A stretch of 64,000 bases of DNA from a virus, in the IMG/VR virus record IMGVR_UViG_3300032516_000009, positions 1 through 64,000 of that record; one strand, written 5' to 3'. The position numbers and the translations under genes were made by a program. Under the pieces are notes generated by a model, which was not told the DNA's origin, searched no databases, and was given only the letters and a program-made list of their open reading frames with translations. Positions 59,534 through 64,000 of this stretch are shown one piece after another (the first letter of the stretch is position 1; each line of letters begins with the position of its first letter).

Positions 59534-59610
59534 TGGTACCCCCGGTGCGAGTCGAACGCACAAACCTCGTGATCCGTAGTCACGCGCTCTATCCATTGAG
59601 CTACGGGGGC
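59534..59610 (-). tRNA. tRNA-Arg(ACG)
   Basis: CGTGA-CTACGGA-TCACG; CCA encoded. Confidence 0.92.
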
Positions 59611-59614
59611 ATAG

Positions 59615-59688
59615 TATCCTCGGCGAGAGTCGAACTCGCAACATTCGGATCCGAAGTCCGACGCTCTTTCCAATTGAGCTACGAGGAC
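59615..59688 (-). tRNA. tRNA-Arg(TCG)
   Basis: TCGGA-CTTCGGA-TCCGA. Confidence 0.9.
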
Positions 59689-59692
59689 ATAG

Positions 59693-59764
59693 TGATCCCA
59701 ACGGGATTCGAACCCGTATTGCCGGCGTGAGGGGCCGGATTCCTGGCCGTTAGAAGATGGGATC
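59693..59764 (-). tRNA. tRNA-Glu(CTC), with C33
   Basis: CCGGC-CCCTCAC-GCCGG. Confidence 0.85.
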
Positions 59765-59767
59765 GAA

Positions 59768-60367
59768 TTACTGATCCATTACATATTCAGTAGCATCATT
59801 ACTATTATCTATGAACATTGATGATATGACACTAGTCATGAATTTTCGATATCTGGGTTGCTGATTATGTTTTCTAGTCGGACTTCTACCAGACATCGGA
59901 TATGAACGAAATGAAAGGACTTTTCGTTTTGAACTTTTTTCAATACCAACTCGTCTATATTCAACTGCTATATAAATGAATTTATGCGGGATGAAAATCC
60001 GCTGACAGTATGGATAAGATGGAGAACGAATTTTTCGCACCTGAATGAACTTTTGAGCAAGAAAATGAATTTCTCCAGTAAATGTTCCTTTATATGAAAA
60101 AGTCATATTGCATCTGAATGTTTTCTCAGATCTCGAAATATTATTTATGTTGACCAAAAATGCGCGCTTGCGGAACAGCACCTTCATTATTGAAGTGAAT
60201 GGCATTACTGCATAAGACGGGATGGTGTCTTGTATTTGATTAAGAAATGGTTGAAATTCATCAAAACTGATAAAAATTGTCTTACCAAACGCTGCCATTG
60301 CAGTAGATATATTAATTTTTTGCAGGCAATCCGTCGCCATTGCAGCTTCACGTACGGAAGTTTCCAT
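59768..60367 (-). CDS. Hypothetical protein ending EYVMDQ
   Basis: 199 aa; TGTAAATT motif 7 nt before ATG. Confidence 0.55.
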   Translation of the reverse strand: METSVREAAMATDCLQKINISTAMAAFGKTIFISFDEFQPFLNQIQDTIPSYAVMPFTSIMKVLFRKRAFLVNINNISRSEKTFRCNMTFSYKGTFTGEIHFLAQKFIQVRKIRSPSYPYCQRIFIPHKFIYIAVEYRRVGIEKSSKRKVLSFRSYPMSGRSPTRKHNQQPRYRKFMTSVISSMFIDNSNDATEYVMDQ

Positions 60368-60560
60368 GCACCAGAATTTACATTTGATGTATAAATGCTG
60401 CTATTGCAATCTAGCAAATTGCTGAACAGGAGAACCGTAACACGGTTTCGAAATCACGTTACGCCATATTGGGCAGTCCATCGTCATCGCAGCTTCACGT
60501 ATGGGTGTATCCAAAAGGCGAGGGCAATCTACATTGACAACGGATTGATCTAATATTTTG

Positions 60561-60633
60561 AGGCGGAGGTGGGTTACGATCCCACGCATGTCGCTTTTGC
60601 AGAGCGATACCTTCCCAACTTGGCTACTCCGCC
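60561..60633 (-). tRNA. tRNA-Cys(GCA)
   Basis: TCGCT-CTGCAAA-AGCGA; U73; ATCG T-loop. Confidence 0.88.
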
Positions 60634-60644
60634 AGATTGAATAG

Positions 60645-60717
60645 AGCTCCCGGTGAGATTTGAACTCACGACCCGCGACTTACGAAATCGCTGCTCTACC
60701 TACTGAGCTACAGGAGC
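60645..60717 (-). tRNA. tRNA-Thr(CGT)
   Basis: GCGAT-TTCGTAA-GTCGC. Confidence 0.92.
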
Positions 60718-60739
60718 AAACAATCTACTTTACAATTAG

Positions 60740-60826
60740 CGGAGAGAGTGGGATTTGAACCCACGGACGGGTTTATTCGTCGCTCGCTTAGCAAGCGAGT
60801 GCCATAGGCCACTCGGCCATCTCTCC
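60740..60826 (-). tRNA. tRNA-Ser(GCT)
   Basis: CTCGC-TTGCTAA-GCGAG; long variable arm. Confidence 0.92.
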
Positions 60827-60832
60827 AAAGTT

Positions 60833-61465
60833 TTATAGTGTTTTATGATACTCTTCGAAAATTTGTTGTACTATTGAGTTATTGTCTAATTCTTCAATAA
60901 ACGCTGGCACCTCTGATTCGTAGATCACATTCGGATCTGGTTCAAATTCGATATAAGGGGCGTCCATATCCATAATAAAATCACTATCTAAATAATGATC
61001 ATAAAAACCGCCTTTTACATGAAATGCATGGAATTTATGAGATGACTTATATTTATGTGATACATCACCAATATCTGTTATAATAATGTTTACTACTGGT
61101 ATTAGAAAACTATTGTGTGTCTTTATTTCCTCTTCTAAATCATCCACTAAATCTGGAGGTAAAGGGCTTGGGTCTGGGTTCCATTGAGCAGACCCGCCCC
61201 GATCATTTTTGGTATTAAAGATAATGTCATGATCTATTGGAATTCCTTTATACATCCCTTTTGCATGAACGGTAAACTCAAATTTTTTGTCATCTCGACG
61301 GAATCTATCAACCGTCAGACCGTCAATTTTGGCCGTAGGATTATGCAACATTATGGCGATGAGCGTTCTAAGATCTTTAGCTACCAAAGTTTTACTTGGT
61401 TTACAAGAATTATCAATCATTTTAGCAATCTGACGTAATCTATTTACAATTTGTGATGGTTGCAT
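60833..61465 (-). CDS. MKPSQ-leader family protein 3 with a duplicated acidic domain
   Basis: MQPSQIVNRLRQIAKMIDNSCKPSKTLVAKDLRTLI; two repeats, each containing KG..Y...PDP. Confidence 0.7.
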   Translation of the reverse strand: MQPSQIVNRLRQIAKMIDNSCKPSKTLVAKDLRTLIAIMLHNPTAKIDGLTVDRFRRDDKKFEFTVHAKGMYKGIPIDHDIIFNTKNDRGGSAQWNPDPSPLPPDLVDDLEEEIKTHNSFLIPVVNIIITDIGDVSHKYKSSHKFHAFHVKGGFYDHYLDSDFIMDMDAPYIEFEPDPNVIYESEVPAFIEELDNNSIVQQIFEEYHKTL

Positions 61466-61549
61466 AACAATTCGATATAATTAAAAATTGATGTAGCTTG
61501 GTATAGTTTGGTTAACCTTGGGAAGCACCCCAAGAAGTATGGAGACCAA

Positions 61550-63886
61550 ATGAAACCCTCATCTTTCAAGGTAGCAGAGTCATTATTCATCGTAAAACAA
61601 ATCGTTAGCAAAAAGGCCCCCGCGAAGCCGGTTGAAATACCGACAAATCACATCGCGGTAATAGACTGTTCCGGGTCAATGTCCTGGGATTTGCCGAAAA
61701 TCCGGGAACAGCTTAAGAAGAAATTACCAAAGATCCTTCGAGAGCAAGATACAATTTCAATAATCTGGTTCTCGGGCAGAAAAGAATTCGGTGTTTTGCT
61801 CGAGGCCGAACCCGTTGCAACATTAGTTGATCTGTCCAACGTCAACAAAGCTATCGACCGTTGGCTCAAACCCAATTGCCTTACAGGATTCAAAGAGCCG
61901 TTGGAAGAAGCCAAGGATCTTGTCGAACGTGTCAGTAAAAAGCGTAAAGGTAGCGTCTGTAACCTATTCTTTATGTCTGATGGTATGGATAACTGTTGGG
62001 GCCGTCCTGAAATACTAAAGGCCGTTGAACAAGCTGCTGGTGGACTGGCATCGGCTACCTTTGTTGAATATGGATACTATGCCGATCGTCCATTACTGAC
62101 GGCAATGGCCGAAAAAGCTGGCGGAACACTTATATTTAGTGAAGACTTCGATAAATACGCTCCATTATTCGAAGCTGCTATGCAGAAGAAGTTATCTGGA
62201 GCACTTCGCATCGAAGTGAAAGTCGACGGCGATCCTATTGGCGGATTCGTTTACGCACTCGTTGGCGGAGACCTCATGACTTTCTCCGTTACCGGAGATA
62301 CCGTGTCAGTTCCGGAGGATATGTCGGCCGTCTTCTATTTGTCTTCGTCCGCAATTGGTGCCGAGACTGAGATCGTATCGGTCTCAAAAAAGAAGGATAA
62401 AGCGGATGACGACGTCATGGCTCCTGCCTATGCAGCGGTGTCATTATTTAGTTTACGTATGAAATCTGACGTCGTCTTCCCGTTACTTAAGGCGCTCGGT
62501 GATATAGACTATATAGATCGCTTTAGTTCATGTTTCGGGAAGCAGCGATATTCAGAATTCATGGACGCGACCAAAGCTGCAGCATTTGATCCATCTAAAC
62601 GATTTACTAAGGGTTGGGATCCCAACAAGGTCCCGCGAGAAGATGCATTCACCATTCTCGAATTATTGCAGCTTTTGTCCAAAGATGACGGGAATCGGGT
62701 TCTACTCGATCATCCAGACTTCAAGTATAGCCGTATTGGACGTGGGCGTGTTGATGCTAGCACACAGTTAACTGAAGCGGAAATCGAGGAAATCCAGAAG
62801 CTCACTCTCCGCATCGCAGCTGAGCGTGACGTCAAGAAATTGAAGATTCTTCAGGAGCAACTCGCTGACATCACGGATAAGAAATCAGACGCGCTCAAAT
62901 TTGAAACTGATCCGGCTCCAGATGGTTATCCAATTTCTTCCCTTACGTTCAATGAAGAGCGGCCCAATGTCAGCTTCCTGGTCAAGAAACCCGGGGTTGT
63001 TGATATTTCGAGCCGAGTCCCGAAAGAATTCAAAGGAAAGATTCCAGAGAAATTCCAGACGTTCATCTACCGTAACTACACGGTGGTAAAGGATGGACTT
63101 GTCAACGTCGAATTCCTTCCGGTTAAAGTTACCGCGGAAACCCTGGATAAATTGGTAGAAGCAGGAGTGATCGACAAGGATCACGTTAAAAATTTCAAGC
63201 TTTGTGATTCCATCACGATTAACCTTAGAGATCTTCCTATCATCAACCGTAAGATGGTGAAGGCTACGAGTGCAAAGACGCTGTTTGAACTCGAGTACGA
63301 GCTTACTAAAGCCCGCGCTGCTCAGAAAGTTTATAATAGCGTCAAAAAAGAGAAGTTCCCGCGTAAAGCCGAAGGCTTCGTTGTCATGTATGGGGACGAC
63401 GCAGCGAAATGGCTCAAAGAGCATGGTTTCACCGACTATTCAGGATTTTCGCCTAAGACCGTCCAGGCGGAAGCTACGGACTTCTATCTTGGAAAATGTC
63501 TAGAAATTTCTCTTAAGGGGTTATCAACTCTCCCATCACTCAAAGATCTGCATGAACAAATTAAAAAGAATAAACTGAATGCATGCGGCCGGCTTATGAA
63601 ACCCCATCTTGATCGTATCGAGTCTTTTTTGGCCAGTGATATTTATAATAAGGCAGCGGATAAAGATGGTGTTTTTGAAGCATGGCTAGACGGAGAAGCC
63701 AAATCGGTAAGACAGCAAACGCAGACGCTTATTTATCAAGTTGCCCAAACCACGTTCTGCTTGATTGTCGGACAGATATGGCCAATAGAATTCTCCAGTT
63801 TGGATGAGAATTCCATGACCATCGATTTCGATGGCCAAAAGATTGTATGTTCGATGAATTTGAAAGAAATTCAAATTAAGATTTAA
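61550..63886 (+). CDS. vWA (MIDAS) domain protein
   Basis: IDCSGSM, T, FMSDG; GGAG SD before MKPSSF. Confidence 0.85.
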   Translation: MKPSSFKVAESLFIVKQIVSKKAPAKPVEIPTNHIAVIDCSGSMSWDLPKIREQLKKKLPKILREQDTISIIWFSGRKEFGVLLEAEPVATLVDLSNVNKAIDRWLKPNCLTGFKEPLEEAKDLVERVSKKRKGSVCNLFFMSDGMDNCWGRPEILKAVEQAAGGLASATFVEYGYYADRPLLTAMAEKAGGTLIFSEDFDKYAPLFEAAMQKKLSGALRIEVKVDGDPIGGFVYALVGGDLMTFSVTGDTVSVPEDMSAVFYLSSSAIGAETEIVSVSKKKDKADDDVMAPAYAAVSLFSLRMKSDVVFPLLKALGDIDYIDRFSSCFGKQRYSEFMDATKAAAFDPSKRFTKGWDPNKVPREDAFTILELLQLLSKDDGNRVLLDHPDFKYSRIGRGRVDASTQLTEAEIEEIQKLTLRIAAERDVKKLKILQEQLADITDKKSDALKFETDPAPDGYPISSLTFNEERPNVSFLVKKPGVVDISSRVPKEFKGKIPEKFQTFIYRNYTVVKDGLVNVEFLPVKVTAETLDKLVEAGVIDKDHVKNFKLCDSITINLRDLPIINRKMVKATSAKTLFELEYELTKARAAQKVYNSVKKEKFPRKAEGFVVMYGDDAAKWLKEHGFTDYSGFSPKTVQAEATDFYLGKCLEISLKGLSTLPSLKDLHEQIKKNKLNACGRLMKPHLDRIESFLASDIYNKAADKDGVFEAWLDGEAKSVRQQTQTLIYQVAQTTFCLIVGQIWPIEFSSLDENSMTIDFDGQKIVCSMNLKEIQIKI

Positions 63887-63934
63887 TTTGATGTGGACAA
63901 TATTCATATAGACCTTTGGACATATTGCAATTAG

Positions 63935-64000
63935 CGGAGGAAGTAGGATTCGAACCCACGGTAGACTTACGCCTACAACGGTTTTCAAAACCGTCGCCTT
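63935..64000 (-). tRNA. tRNA-Ser(TGA); 5' end outside the window
   Basis: ACGGT-TTTGAAA-ACCGT; variable arm; T-arm. Confidence 0.88.

Noticed and set aside
53251-63988. ORFs at 53251, 55260, 55282, 59491, 59519, 59533 and 63686
   Set aside because: They overlap tRNA genes and are spurious translations
1-64000. CRISPR array or diversity-generating retroelement
   Set aside because: No regularly spaced repeats, reverse transcriptase or TR/VR pair seen. The PD-(D/E)XK gene sits in a recombination operon with no cas genes.
1-64000. Bacterial chromosome or integrated prophage
   Set aside because: The host-like genes are divergent and interleaved with virion genes. No integrase, att site or housekeeping synteny is seen in the window.

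Overview
This window looks like part of a large, AT-rich tailed phage genome, probably a jumbo phage, using the standard genetic code. Most genes are on the minus strand. 1-19.2 kb is a head/packaging module: prohead protease (truncated), a portal with two inteins, TerL with one intein, a likely TerS, probable internal head proteins and an Ig/BACON protein. 19.2-20.7 kb holds four small genes that appear to be major-capsid or terminase fragments fused to a shared C-terminal VxxV(M/Q)xx tag. 21-48 kb is a bacterial-style replication, recombination and transcription block: DnaX, HolA, HolB, a probable beta clamp, DnaG, a 5'-3' exonuclease, SbcD plus the C-terminal half of SbcC, RecD2 with an intein, a LigA split into two genes, NrdJ, NusG and three sigma-like proteins. 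48-64 kb carries a probable endolysin, an adenylosuccinate-synthetase homologue with PurZ signature residues (2-aminoadenine DNA), and an array of 14 tRNA or tRNA-like genes. The array is interrupted by an HNH nuclease, a GC-rich tail-fibre cassette and a vWA gene; a second HNH gene sits at its left edge. A Gly-rich lipoprotein and the GC-biased anticodons suggest a GC-rich host, possibly myxobacterial (inference). All calls come from reading motifs by eye and from recalled family consensus; no searches were run.
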